Notes: generated by a model not told the origin, from the letters alone. A stretch of DNA of 64,000 nucleotides from a virus (IMGVR_UViG_3300021979_000001:322948-386947), one strand, 5' to 3'; counted from the stretch's first letter, positions 21,634 to 30,960 are shown. A program made the numbers and translations.

Positions 21634-22623
21634 TTATATCATCCCAATCAGTTGTTTTACATCAGCCAATGTTTTATTGGCGATAGTTGCGGCCCGCTCC
21701 GAACCATGGGCTAAAATCTGGGAAACCCATTCCTGATCATTATCCAGACGTTTTTTATTAGCCTGGATTGGGGCAAGATGTTCAACTAATGAATCGGTTA
21801 GGTCTTTTTTAAAAGTGGAGAACATTTTCCCACTGTATTCGACTAACACGGTTTCCATATTGGTGCCGGTGATAGCAGCATACATTGCAACCAGATTTTT
21901 CGCTTCTGGGCGTCCTTCCAGGCCATCCAGGTGACTTGGTATCGGGTGCGCGTCGGTCTTCGCCTTGCGGATTTTAACAGCAATAGTATCGGCATCGTCA
22001 AACAGGTTAATACGAGACCGGTCATTAGGTGCAGATTTTGACATTTTCTTGGTGCCATCGATTAATGATTTCACCGAGGTCATATTTCCTAATACCGGGT
22101 TTGGTAATTTGAAATAGGATGTCTGGTATTCATTATTGAACCGAGACACAATATCTCGGGTCAATTCGATGTGCTGGGTCTGGTCGCTACCAACCGGAAC
22201 GTGTGTTGCATTGTAAAGTAAAATATCCGCTGCCATCAAACTAGGATAAGCATAAAGGCCAAGCGATGCATTTTCACGATGTTTACCCGATTTGTCTTTG
22301 AATTGCGTCATACGGTTCAACCAACCGATACGGGCAACACAGTTAAATATCCACGCCAGTTCGGCATGAGCGGAAACCTGGCTTTGGTTAAACAGAATGT
22401 GTTTTACCGGATCAATGCCCGACGCAATCAGGGTGGTTGCAAGTTCCCGAATATTTGTGCGCAATTCGGATGGTTTCTGCGATATGGTAATAGCATGCAT
22501 ATCCACTACGCAGAAGATACACTCGTTATTACTTTGTAAGTCAATCCAGTTACGGATTGCACCAAGATAATTACCAAGATGAATATTGCCGGTAGGCTGA
22601 ATACCGGAAAAAATACGGTTCAT
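21634..22623 (-). CDS. trpS: Tryptophanyl-tRNA synthetase
   Basis: SGIQPTG..HLGN (HIGH), YP.LMAADIL, VPVG.DQ.QH.EL.RD, KMSKS. Confidence 0.97.
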   Translation of the reverse strand: MNRIFSGIQPTGNIHLGNYLGAIRNWIDLQSNNECIFCVVDMHAITISQKPSELRTNIRELATTLIASGIDPVKHILFNQSQVSAHAELAWIFNCVARIGWLNRMTQFKDKSGKHRENASLGLYAYPSLMAADILLYNATHVPVGSDQTQHIELTRDIVSRFNNEYQTSYFKLPNPVLGNMTSVKSLIDGTKKMSKSAPNDRSRINLFDDADTIAVKIRKAKTDAHPIPSHLDGLEGRPEAKNLVAMYAAITGTNMETVLVEYSGKMFSTFKKDLTDSLVEHLAPIQANKKRLDNDQEWVSQILAHGSERAATIANKTLADVKQLIGMI

Positions 22624-22654
22624 GATCTTTTCTTTTCAATCAGACAACGTGCAA

Positions 22655-23152
22655 TTAAATGCGACCCAAGATTTGGTTAATAACGTCAATATTTGTTTGA
22701 CGTTTGTATTTCCAGCATACTGCGGCAAAATCGCGAACTGCCGATGGGTTGTCAATGTTTCCATCAAAAACACACCCATCAGGAATAAACCGGTTCAGAT
22801 TTTTAACAATATCTGATCGATAAAAACTGACCATGTAGTGATTTGGGTTGGTGGTTTTCCATACCGCACCATTCATTTTGGTGCATTTTGCATCGTTCTG
22901 TAGAATATCCAACGAAGTTTGGTAAAACCACCGGGCCTGTTCATGTAGAAATGTGGGGGCATGGGGCCAATCGTCTGACCAAACAAGCCCATTACCAACA
23001 TTGAAATCGTGTTGCGGATATGTTTTCCAGTCAAACTTTGGAAAATGTGTGTCTGGTAACATACCCGCATCATCGATTGCGTCTTCTAAAGAATAAAATG
23101 TCAAAATATGTTCCAGTTCCGAGAAGAATTTTCCAAACGAAATTTTTGACAT
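22655..23152 (-). CDS. Hypothetical protein
   Basis: ORF; start trimmed to MSKISF to avoid the tRNA-His gene. Confidence 0.65.
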   Translation of the reverse strand: MSKISFGKFFSELEHILTFYSLEDAIDDAGMLPDTHFPKFDWKTYPQHDFNVGNGLVWSDDWPHAPTFLHEQARWFYQTSLDILQNDAKCTKMNGAVWKTTNPNHYMVSFYRSDIVKNLNRFIPDGCVFDGNIDNPSAVRDFAAVCWKYKRQTNIDVINQILGRI

Positions 23153-23169
23153 GATATTCCCAACAAAAA

Positions 23170-23246
23170 TGGGGTGAATAATCGGTATCGACCCGATCAC
23201 ATCCTGACTCACAATCAGGCGGGTTCACCTGCTCCCTCTATTCACC
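23170..23246 (-). tRNA. tRNA-His(GUG)
   Basis: Loop TT-GTG-AG; G-1:C73; atypical T-loop GTCGATA. Confidence 0.85.
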
Positions 23247-23250
23247 ATAA

Positions 23251-23326
23251 TGGTGGCCCCAACAGGACTCGAACCTGTAACCAGACCGTTATGAGCGGTC
23301 GGCTCTACCAATTGAGCTATAAGGCC
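23251..23326 (-). tRNA. tRNA-Ile2(CAU) (lysidine type) or Met
   Basis: GGCCTTA acceptor and GACCG-CTCATAA-CGGTC anticodon arm typical of Ile2. Confidence 0.9.
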
Positions 23327-23342
23327 ATATTTAACAACGTCA

Positions 23343-23371
23343 ATAATAGTATGTCATGCGTTGATCGTCAA
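23343..23371 (-). promoter_or_regulatory. Sigma70-type promoter for Ile2/His tRNAs
   Basis: TTGACG-17 nt-TATTAT on minus strand. Confidence 0.7.
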
Positions 23372-23484
23372 TAATATTTATGACATTTTTAAAATTTATT
23401 TCATAACAGTAATATTGGTTTTATTATACCAAATACTATATTACGGTCACATTATATACAACAAAACGATTGCGGCAAATTAAG

Positions 23485-23646
23485 TGGTGCGGGTAGGTGA
23501 CCTCTGCGGCAATAGTCTAGATATAACGTGCGAACCGCAATACACCATTCTGTGGCAGCGTCGATCATCTTAAAACGTTACACCTACGTTATTGCCCAAG
23601 GCGTTTGGCGTTTGCGCATCAACACCAACTTTCGCCTACCGCACCA
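23485..23646. ncRNA. Putative ~160-nt structured RNA (Y-RNA-like or 6S-like)
   Basis: Ends pair over ~15 bp (TGGTGCGGGTAGGTGA / TCGCCTACCGCACCA); GC-richer than flanks; no ORF. Confidence 0.5.
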
Positions 23647-23768
23647 ATCAATACCCAGCTAGATACTGATTGCTACGGTAAGTTTAGGATGAAACAAGTT
23701 TTAACATCATTTCATCCTAATAACAGATCACAGTTTGTAAAAATGCTGACATCTATATCAACAAATAT

Positions 23769-24074
23769 TCATCCAGTCATGACTGAAAGATCATCCGGTT
23801 TGACAATAATATACAATAAATTATCCAGAATATCGTTCCCTGTTTCATTGACCAGGCGAACTAATACTGTATTTTTATCGCCATCATATGCGACAACCCG
23901 AACCGGGGTTCCTTTCTGTAATAACTCACCTTCATAATCATGATTTCTGGCAATCATGAATTTAGTGTTTTTTGGAAAGCGGCGTTTTAGCTTTTCGGCA
24001 CGTCTATATGCTTTAATCGCTTTAATCGCGTTCATTAACATAATAATAATATTCCTTAAATAAATTAGGAACAA
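23769..24074 (-). CDS. Hypothetical protein
   Basis: ORF; true start probably near 24042 after AAGGA. Confidence 0.6.
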   Translation of the reverse strand: MFLIYLRNIIIMLMNAIKAIKAYRRAEKLKRRFPKNTKFMIARNHDYEGELLQKGTPVRVVAYDGDKNTVLVRLVNETGNDILDNLLYIIVKPDDLSVMTG

Positions 24075-24158
24075 AATACCACAATTAATAAAATAATGTC
24101 AACTATAATATTATGAAATGGCATCGGGTTTTATCTCACCATCACACGATATTACGCC

Positions 24159-24644
24159 TTATTTTTCGGTAATTCCAAATGAGTTAAACGCATATTCGAT
24201 TTTATTTGCACCTGGGCGGTTGATGTTCAACAGAACCGTTTCGCCCAAACAATACATACCATCATGTAGCGTGAACCGCATCGGATAAATCATACCATCG
24301 ACGACGATTGGCCCAAAATTAATTTCATGTTCAGCCGGAACGATGACGGTTGACTGAATTAATTTGGTGCGGGTCTGTTTTCGTTTTTTGATGTAACTGG
24401 TTGATGGAAGTGAAAAAGTTAAACCGCTTTTTATCTGGCGTTTATTCCAAGTCTCAACGGCATCACGATCCGGGGAGTGTGAACCCAACGACGTAGTTCC
24501 ACCCCGTGTCCAATGGAACAGCATAAAACCCATACCTTCGCACCCGCATTCGCATGCAACGCGATAATGTGATATATTATTTTCTGCCCGAAAGGTGAGT
24601 GCTGGTTCGCCACCACACATCGGGCAAGAATTTAAACTTACCAT
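24159..24644 (-). CDS. Lar (restriction alleviation)-like zinc-finger protein
   Basis: LNSCPMCGG..VACECG..AVETWNKR. Confidence 0.65.
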   Translation of the reverse strand: MVSLNSCPMCGGEPALTFRAENNISHYRVACECGCEGMGFMLFHWTRGGTTSLGSHSPDRDAVETWNKRQIKSGLTFSLPSTSYIKKRKQTRTKLIQSTVIVPAEHEINFGPIVVDGMIYPMRFTLHDGMYCLGETVLLNINRPGANKIEYAFNSFGITEK

Positions 24645-24693
24645 TAATCGGACCCCCCAATTAAATAATCACATTTTGTAAACTTGAAATCAG

Positions 24694-24969
24694 TTATCCT
24701 TGATAGGACATCTGTAACGAACCACCGCATTTTGTGGATTTGCACACCGTCATTTTGGATTTACGCACTATCGTTTTCCCGGTGTAATCGTCGCGATCCC
24801 GGTGGATGATCGTCTTTTCTTCGAACCCATGTTCCGGGTCGGTATCCCCACAATATCGGCATTTAGGTTGTAACATTGCATGTTTACCGTTATTAAAAAT
24901 GATAAAACAAAGAAAGAGAATATGATTTCTCATAAAGGGATGCATAATCAAAACAAATGCAATCAACAA
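24694..24969 (-). CDS. Small Cys-rich (zinc-ribbon) protein
   Basis: CRYC...CKSTKC; start likely at MLQPK. Confidence 0.5.
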   Translation of the reverse strand: MLIAFVLIMHPFMRNHILFLCFIIFNNGKHAMLQPKCRYCGDTDPEHGFEEKTIIHRDRDDYTGKTIVRKSKMTVCKSTKCGGSLQMSYQG

Positions 24970-25148
24970 CTAATACATACGACAATGAACAGTTTTCGCC
25001 GCTCTTTCCCGGAACAAATACAAATCAAAACCGGGATACATGTGCATGTCAATGACTGACTGAATATGTTGCAGCATCACATTATAATAATTTCATATCC
25101 TCTTTCTCGAATGGATGTTAAAAACACCCAATGTCGTGACAATACGCA

Positions 25149-25733
25149 TTATCGTAACTGTTGTCTACTGTTTTTTTTCAGCCCTGGCTTAATCCAATGC
25201 AGTTCTGGATGTTCACCGGTAAAGTTTTTATCCCATACTATCCACACATAGGTGGTTGTCCCACCACCTTTAACTTGACTACCGGCTGGATACAAAGACA
25301 ACCGTTCAGAAAACAGATAAACTCGCGATGGTGGTATTACTGAATAAACAGTATTATACCGCGTGATGCTTTCCAAAAATGATGCCCTAACCAAAATACA
25401 AACTTTTTGAGTAGCCAATTGAATCGCATGTGTCAAAATATCATTTGCAATGTTATATGGCGGATTTGTTATAATATTATCGTATGGTGCATTTATGTCG
25501 AAAAAATCGACAACATCACCGTAACCCCAATCATTTATATCCGATGATATTACTTTACAATTAGTTTCTTTCAAAACTTTGGACATATCGCCCGTTCCGC
25601 AACACGGTTCGAGGATAGTTCCGGTAAAATTTTCGTTTTGAAGTAATGCCAATGTTCCCCATCTTGGGGTGGGATAAAAATCTGGCCCGGACGCATCAAC
25701 CAGGCGTTTGTTCGTTATCATACAAATACTCAT
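25149..25733 (-). CDS. Amino-methylating (N6A-type) DNA methyltransferase
   Basis: DFYPTP, ILEPCCGTG (motif I), IITNPPY (motif IV). Confidence 0.85.
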   Translation of the reverse strand: MSICMITNKRLVDASGPDFYPTPRWGTLALLQNENFTGTILEPCCGTGDMSKVLKETNCKVISSDINDWGYGDVVDFFDINAPYDNIITNPPYNIANDILTHAIQLATQKVCILVRASFLESITRYNTVYSVIPPSRVYLFSERLSLYPAGSQVKGGGTTTYVWIVWDKNFTGEHPELHWIKPGLKKNSRQQLR

Positions 25734-25801
25734 AAAAAAAGACGCAACTATTTATGTTGCATCTTTTTTAATATTTAAATACGGAGTATTTGATTGGTGA
25801 T

Positions 25802-26407
25802 TTACATAACACCCATATTACGTAATACCAGTTCTTGGTCGTCGGATATTTCGATATGCTGGGTGATGTTCAATTCGCTCAACTGTTCATTGAGTGTTCG
25901 ACGCTTTGCTTTGAACCCGGCAATCTGCTCGTCTAATGCGTCCTGTTCCTCGGGCGTCATCAGATTGATCGTCACATATGAGGTGTGACTGTTACCAGCT
26001 TTCATCATCTGATTTGCTGCGGTAACATCATCAATCAAATACTGAATGCTATTGTTTTTGTTTTCCAACCAGTTATCGAAATTGTAATTTATTGTATTCC
26101 CTGACAAAAGTTCGATGCAGCGCGACAGTTCCGCCATGTCTGTCATGATGGTATTGATACCAGATGTATGATTGGCATGACCGATCTGCTTGCGAATATT
26201 ATACATCAGTTGAACAATATTCACCAAATCTTCGGTTTTATCGTGCATGGTATTGACAGCATCGTCCAGTCGTCGAGTCAAATTTTCTTCGATTTTACTG
26301 TCCTCACCACCAAGTGTATATCGGATTGTGCGGTCAATCGTCATTTTGTTGATGATTTCTTGCAGGTCCACGACAAGCATGGATGCGCGTTTGATTGAAA
26401 CTTTCAT
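25802..26407 (-). CDS. Coiled-coil hypothetical protein
   Basis: 201 aa, AGGA RBS. Confidence 0.7.
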   Translation of the reverse strand: MKVSIKRASMLVVDLQEIINKMTIDRTIRYTLGGEDSKIEENLTRRLDDAVNTMHDKTEDLVNIVQLMYNIRKQIGHANHTSGINTIMTDMAELSRCIELLSGNTINYNFDNWLENKNNSIQYLIDDVTAANQMMKAGNSHTSYVTINLMTPEEQDALDEQIAGFKAKRRTLNEQLSELNITQHIEISDDQELVLRNMGVM

Positions 26408-26515
26408 GATTTTCCTAATATTTGATAAAGTATGGCCCGTGCCCGTTAATGCACGATGCCAAAAAACATTCAGCGGAACTGGTATGTTAATTAATATGCC
26501 AGTGATATGTCAATA

Positions 26516-27661
26516 TTAATTATTTGCCAACTTTAATTTTGCAAGAACCATTTGCGCATGGTCACGAAAAAGCAGAACTACCTTTTGTATATTATGATTA
26601 TTATGTTTAATGGATGAACATAGTATAATCATATCTACTTTTTTTAATTCATATGGAAAGGTTGGTTTTCGACAAAACGTCGTATATTGTCGAGCATAAA
26701 TACCAAATTTCGATGAAATTATTTTAAAATCAAAATCGAACAGGTCTGTTATATAGTCGCGAGTTTTATCGGCAAGGATTGGTGTGATCATTATTGGAAC
26801 ATTAATGTTATGTCCTATGCTATTGCCAAATCGTTCATAATTAATAAATGGCGACATATCTACATCGTAACCAAAATCGGTGTCGCACCGGTATGGAAAA
26901 TCATTATTAACTTCATCCAACGATGCTATGGGCAGCAATTCACGCTTTAATATATCGTATACATGCTGATGCTGACAAAAAAGTTTGCCTTCTGTAAATA
27001 CCACACGTTCATTCTGTATTCCATATTCTTGCATAATTGCACGAATATGGGCCTTCCCGGTGATCATGCTGTATCGGGCATCAAAAACAGGAATATTTAA
27101 GAAACCATAAAAATCCGATAAATCGGAAACGCGCATAAATTCAGGGTTATGGCGATCAATACAAATAAGCCCAGGTGTGTTTTTCAAATCCTTAACATCA
27201 TTGTCCCGAGGGAAACAATCATAGTTTAAGAACTTGGTGTTATAAACCTTGATGCCAGACGGAATAACGTTTGGATCATTAATAAAAGCCCATTGAACGT
27301 TGTCATCTGACTGGGAACAATACCACATCAGAAATGAAATAATAGAATTGTTACTATCATTAAATGGTATATTATAAAATTCGGTATCTTTAATGTTGGT
27401 ATGCATAGATAGCATATCAACTATAAAGGAAACATTTCTTGTCGAATATTTAGATTGAATTTCAATTTTGGTTTTTTCCCGCGTTTTGACATACAGATCG
27501 TTAATATCAGGATGATTACAAGCAATATGGATTACACCACATAAAGTTGGGTCCATCTGCCCATGATCGGAAAAATGATAAATGAATGGCAACTGACTAC
27601 GAACAGTATCGTAAGCATGATATTTGACTGGGTAAGGATGTTTTCGATTGTTGAACATCAA
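26516..27661 (-). CDS. Hypothetical protein, family A
   Basis: TNIKDT.F..FLMWYCSQ; ends FRDHAQMVLAKL. Confidence 0.8.
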   Translation of the reverse strand: MMFNNRKHPYPVKYHAYDTVRSQLPFIYHFSDHGQMDPTLCGVIHIACNHPDINDLYVKTREKTKIEIQSKYSTRNVSFIVDMLSMHTNIKDTEFYNIPFNDSNNSIISFLMWYCSQSDDNVQWAFINDPNVIPSGIKVYNTKFLNYDCFPRDNDVKDLKNTPGLICIDRHNPEFMRVSDLSDFYGFLNIPVFDARYSMITGKAHIRAIMQEYGIQNERVVFTEGKLFCQHQHVYDILKRELLPIASLDEVNNDFPYRCDTDFGYDVDMSPFINYERFGNSIGHNINVPIMITPILADKTRDYITDLFDFDFKIISSKFGIYARQYTTFCRKPTFPYELKKVDMIILCSSIKHNNHNIQKVVLLFRDHAQMVLAKLKLANN

Positions 27662-27798
27662 TTCATATCCACGATATTTATATGCTGTTTAAAGGCCATT
27701 TAACGCATCATAGAGGCGGTCTAAGTTAACAGGCAGCGTTACCCCAAATTATTATTAACGGCTAATACCTGGCCGCAAAACACCCCCTACGCTGAACA

Positions 27799-28935
27799 TT
27801 AATCTGAATTAAAATCAACATGTAGTTTAGCAAGGACCAGTTGAGATTCATCTTTAAACAATAAATAACGCATCCCTGCCTTAATTAAATACATTTCGAT
27901 CATGTCCACCGATTGTAATTGGTGTAAAAACACCGGTTTTTTATAAAATACGGTTAGACCTCGTGATATTGGATCATCAATAGGAATAAATAGTGTGTTC
28001 AACCCAAGATTATTTTGCAAAAGCGAGTGATATTTAATGTCTCCCGATTCAAGCAAATATGGACTGGGTGCCAACTTCCCAAACGTTGCAAACGTTTCAC
28101 TTTGTGAAATCGCAATGATTTCTGGATAGTCATACTGATTATAGTTAGTCCGATATTTGATATGATATGGAAATAGTGCCGATACATCGTCTACTGAACT
28201 TATCGGTGTTAGTGTTTTCTTGAAAAAATCATAAACATGCTTTTTTTCACAGTATAATTCTAATCCTGTAAATACAAGACGTTCGTTGATCATATCATTG
28301 TCACGCAGAAATTTTGCAATCATGTGTGCCGCAGTTGACAGATTGTCTTCGGCATCAATCCAGGGCAGGGAAATGCTATTATAAAATTCCGACAAATCCG
28401 ACACCCGCTTGCGAGGGTTATGTTTTGGATCAATAACGACGAACCCAGGAGTATCGGCATAATCTTGAATGTCATTATTATGCTTATATTCGGAATCGGA
28501 ATAAAATAAAAAATAAGATATGTCAATCTTACCAGTGATATTATCGTCAATATTATCCGGGTATTTGTTACATATATACCACTGTAGGTTATCAAATGAT
28601 TGTGCGCATAGCCACATCATAAATGGAATACAATTGTCAGTTGCGATACCATTTAATGAATCACCGTGAAATACGGTCTGTTTTATATTCGTCGTTAGTG
28701 ATAATACATCTTTGTTAAACATATGGAAATGGAACGATGTTGATTGGATTTCAACCTTTGTTTTTATCTTTGACTGCACATACAGGTTATGTAGGTTATG
28801 GTGATTGCACACTATATACACGGTTTCGATCATAGAATTACCGTAAACTTTGTATATATACTTGGATAATGCGGAATCATCATACGGGCTGTAAATAGCC
28901 GGGTATGGCGTTGTCTTGTTATTATATTTGATCAT
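27799..28935 (-). CDS. Hypothetical protein, family A (paralog of 26516)
   Basis: TNIKQT.F..FMMWLCAQ, RVSDLS.FY; ends FKDESQLVLAKL. Confidence 0.8.
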   Translation of the reverse strand: MIKYNNKTTPYPAIYSPYDDSALSKYIYKVYGNSMIETVYIVCNHHNLHNLYVQSKIKTKVEIQSTSFHFHMFNKDVLSLTTNIKQTVFHGDSLNGIATDNCIPFMMWLCAQSFDNLQWYICNKYPDNIDDNITGKIDISYFLFYSDSEYKHNNDIQDYADTPGFVVIDPKHNPRKRVSDLSEFYNSISLPWIDAEDNLSTAAHMIAKFLRDNDMINERLVFTGLELYCEKKHVYDFFKKTLTPISSVDDVSALFPYHIKYRTNYNQYDYPEIIAISQSETFATFGKLAPSPYLLESGDIKYHSLLQNNLGLNTLFIPIDDPISRGLTVFYKKPVFLHQLQSVDMIEMYLIKAGMRYLLFKDESQLVLAKLHVDFNSD

Positions 28936-29501
28936 TACTGCAACCCTGACATTATCAATTTAAACATTACTCGTGTTTCGTCCGTTTTAAAATAGAACGT
29001 GTTTGTCATCGTGTGGGTTGGATATTTCAAAACACAATCGATATTACCGATCATTTTTTTTGGTATAAAAAATCGTTCATTGTTGGTAAACGGCAATATC
29101 GATATGTTGTTCAACGCTTTAAGAGCCTTAAACAAAAAATTATCCACTGGTTTGGTAGTGGTGTATAATAAATTGTAAGGATTATCCTTTGGTAAAACCC
29201 AATCGTCCTGGATAATTTCGTTAACCAAATGGGCATATTTCTTATCAACAAAACCATGTGCCCCGTCGGCATATATCTTAATGCGGTGTTCACGTGCTAA
29301 CTTGTTGAGTTTTGCTGTTGTGATATTTATGTTAGCCGAAAAATCCAGAAACAGTTTATCAAACATCCGGTTATACGATTTAAGCATATATGGAAACGAA
29401 ATATATTGCATATCCTGTTTTATTGCATCGTCGTTAAAGTGTTGATCATTATTAGCATATTGCATACTACTGCCAAATAATTTCAGTTCGCCCGATTGCA
29501 T
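28935..29501 (-). CDS. Hypothetical protein, family A (C-terminal half only)
   Basis: Ends FYFKTDETRVMFKL. Confidence 0.65.
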   Translation of the reverse strand: MQSGELKLFGSSMQYANNDQHFNDDAIKQDMQYISFPYMLKSYNRMFDKLFLDFSANINITTAKLNKLAREHRIKIYADGAHGFVDKKYAHLVNEIIQDDWVLPKDNPYNLLYTTTKPVDNFLFKALKALNNISILPFTNNERFFIPKKMIGNIDCVLKYPTHTMTNTFYFKTDETRVMFKLIMSGLQ

Positions 29502-29663
29502 AAAACCACCCTGTGCATATCTGTTTGGATTTGATTAGTTAATCATAAAATGGTCCGTGATGGAAATGTTTTTTTCAAAATCAATTTGGTAACGCGGGAT
29601 CATAACAACAAAAGCCATAATAACAGAATGATTATGTTTCACTCTGTCATTATGGCTTTTTAA

Positions 29664-29738
29664 TGGCTCCGGCAGTAGGATTCGAACCTACGGCCCCCTG
29701 ATTAACAGTCAGGTGTTCTACCGCTGAACTATACCGGA
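29664..29738 (-). tRNA. tRNA-Asn(GUU)
   Basis: Loop CT-GTT-AA, cloverleaf, CCA. Confidence 0.95.
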
Positions 29739-29744
29739 ATATAA

Positions 29745-29821
29745 TGGTGGCGGGAGTAGGATTTGAACCTACGATCTCCGGGATATGAACCCGACGAGTT
29801 ACCAAACTTCTCCATCCCGCA
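29745..29821 (-). tRNA. Initiator tRNA-fMet(CAU)
   Basis: CAT anticodon, GGG:CCC anticodon stem, 1:72 mismatch. Confidence 0.9.
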
Positions 29822-29831
29822 TCAATAAGAA

Positions 29832-30705
29832 ACCCGTGAGATTACCGGGGTTTATAATGGGCCTTTCCGAACATTACCGATAACTTGCGATTATCGTTCT
29901 TTCGTTATCCATGCCACGTGATTGCAGCATATCCCATTAGTGTCGCCTTTTTTAGTGAGTGGCAGTTCTCACATCATTGAATTGTCCTCGACCGATTATC
30001 CCATACCGACACTTATAAATGCCGTTCGCGTTGCTACACGCTATACCAGATTACTGATCAATAGTCCTTAGATTTGCGATCTTTAGACTACCCATTTTCT
30101 CATAGAGAATGGGATTAGACACCTTTCCAATTCAACTGGGACAGTCTTTTGCGTTTTTTGCGGAATCGAACCGCCGAAGCAGATTAGAAGTCTGTTGCCA
30201 ACCATTGGCTATTGAAAAAATCACTGTCATGCGCTGTCCCAAGTTGCTTCATCACCGCTTTACAGTGACAAAATACAACGCATCACGTTCCGTTCGTCTT
30301 GCTAGACTACTAAGACTATATTTTGGATATTGTCAGTTCCCCACCAAAATCCTCATATATGCAAACCGCTCTTAGGTGCAACCCTTCGAACTTATTTTGC
30401 TATCCATTATGTTTCATGATGAACGATTTAGCGTTGTATAGATGATCTGCTACAATCATTTAGCAATCAGCATACGCCATCTTGCCTATCTTTTCAGCCA
30501 TACATTCGTTTTCTCACTAGACACCACGTTAATGATGTCACCTTGTGGGCAACACTGGACCTGCATAGATGTGCCAAAATAAATTGGTGAAAGTGCGTGA
30601 CTACTCTCTTTCAGTCTATTACTAGACTATATACTAATGACGCTATGCCGCCATAGAGAACCACACACAAGGAATGTCATAGACAAACCATACATGGTGG
30701 CTCAA
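29832..30705 (-). ncRNA. Giant structured RNA, GOLLD-like
   Basis: ~870 nt with no credible ORF, many hairpins with GNRA-type loops on the minus strand, internal tRNA-like domain, directly upstream of tRNAs; 3' part resembles GOLLD from memory. Confidence 0.7.
30152..30222 (-). ncRNA. tRNA-Arg(UCU)-like domain embedded in the giant RNA
   Basis: GCCA-ATGGT-TGGC D-like arm, CAGA-CTTCTAA-TCTG anticodon arm, GCGG-TTCGATT-CCGC T-arm, weak A/T acceptor, no CCA. Confidence 0.6.
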
Positions 30706-30724
30706 AACTTTTTAGTCTGAATGC

Positions 30725-30804
30725 TTCAAAAGGCACAGTTGCTATACCAGGGGGGACATTGGCGATTACGGGGGGAGTAAATCGCCGCAACTGTGCCCAT
30801 TGAA
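30725..30804 (-). ncRNA. Small stem-loop RNA with two C-rich single-stranded segments
   Basis: GGCACAGTTGC/GCAACTGTGCC stem enclosing GGCGATT-TACTCCCCCCGT-AATCGCC and TGTCCCCCCTGG. Confidence 0.55.
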
Positions 30805-30820
30805 ACACTCAAACAGTTCA

Positions 30821-30840
30821 TATTCAATTGTCAAAGAACT
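30821..30840 (-). promoter_or_regulatory. boxA-like antitermination element
   Basis: GTTCTTTGACAATTGAATA resembles rRNA leader boxA (TGCTCTTTAACA). Confidence 0.65.
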
Positions 30841-30891
30841 TAACAAGAATTTCAGTTTTGTTCGAAACCGTCTTCCTTGTCGTTGAAGATA

Positions 30892-30960
30892 GTTATAGCC
30901 TGCTACGAAACTACTGTCAACATCTTATTTCAATCTTTTTTTGATTTTTTTGATTTTTTT
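30892..30960 (-). promoter_or_regulatory. Strong sigma70 promoter with UP-like A-tracts
   Basis: TTGACA-17 nt-TATAAC preceded by AAAAAAATC repeats. Confidence 0.8.

Noticed and set aside
30180-30196. Amber suppressor (CUA) reading of the embedded tRNA-like loop, implying stop-codon recoding
   Set aside because: Stem register CAGA/TCTG gives loop CT-TCT-AA (Arg). Genes are intact in the standard code and TAG is used as a stop (e.g. 35113, 51896).
29832-30705. rRNA, tmRNA or RNase P identity for the large RNA; ORF 30109..30375
   Set aside because: No tmRNA tRNA-Ala-like ends, no RNase P GAGGAAAGUCC motif and no rRNA signature. The ORF is antisense to the structured RNA and lacks an RBS.
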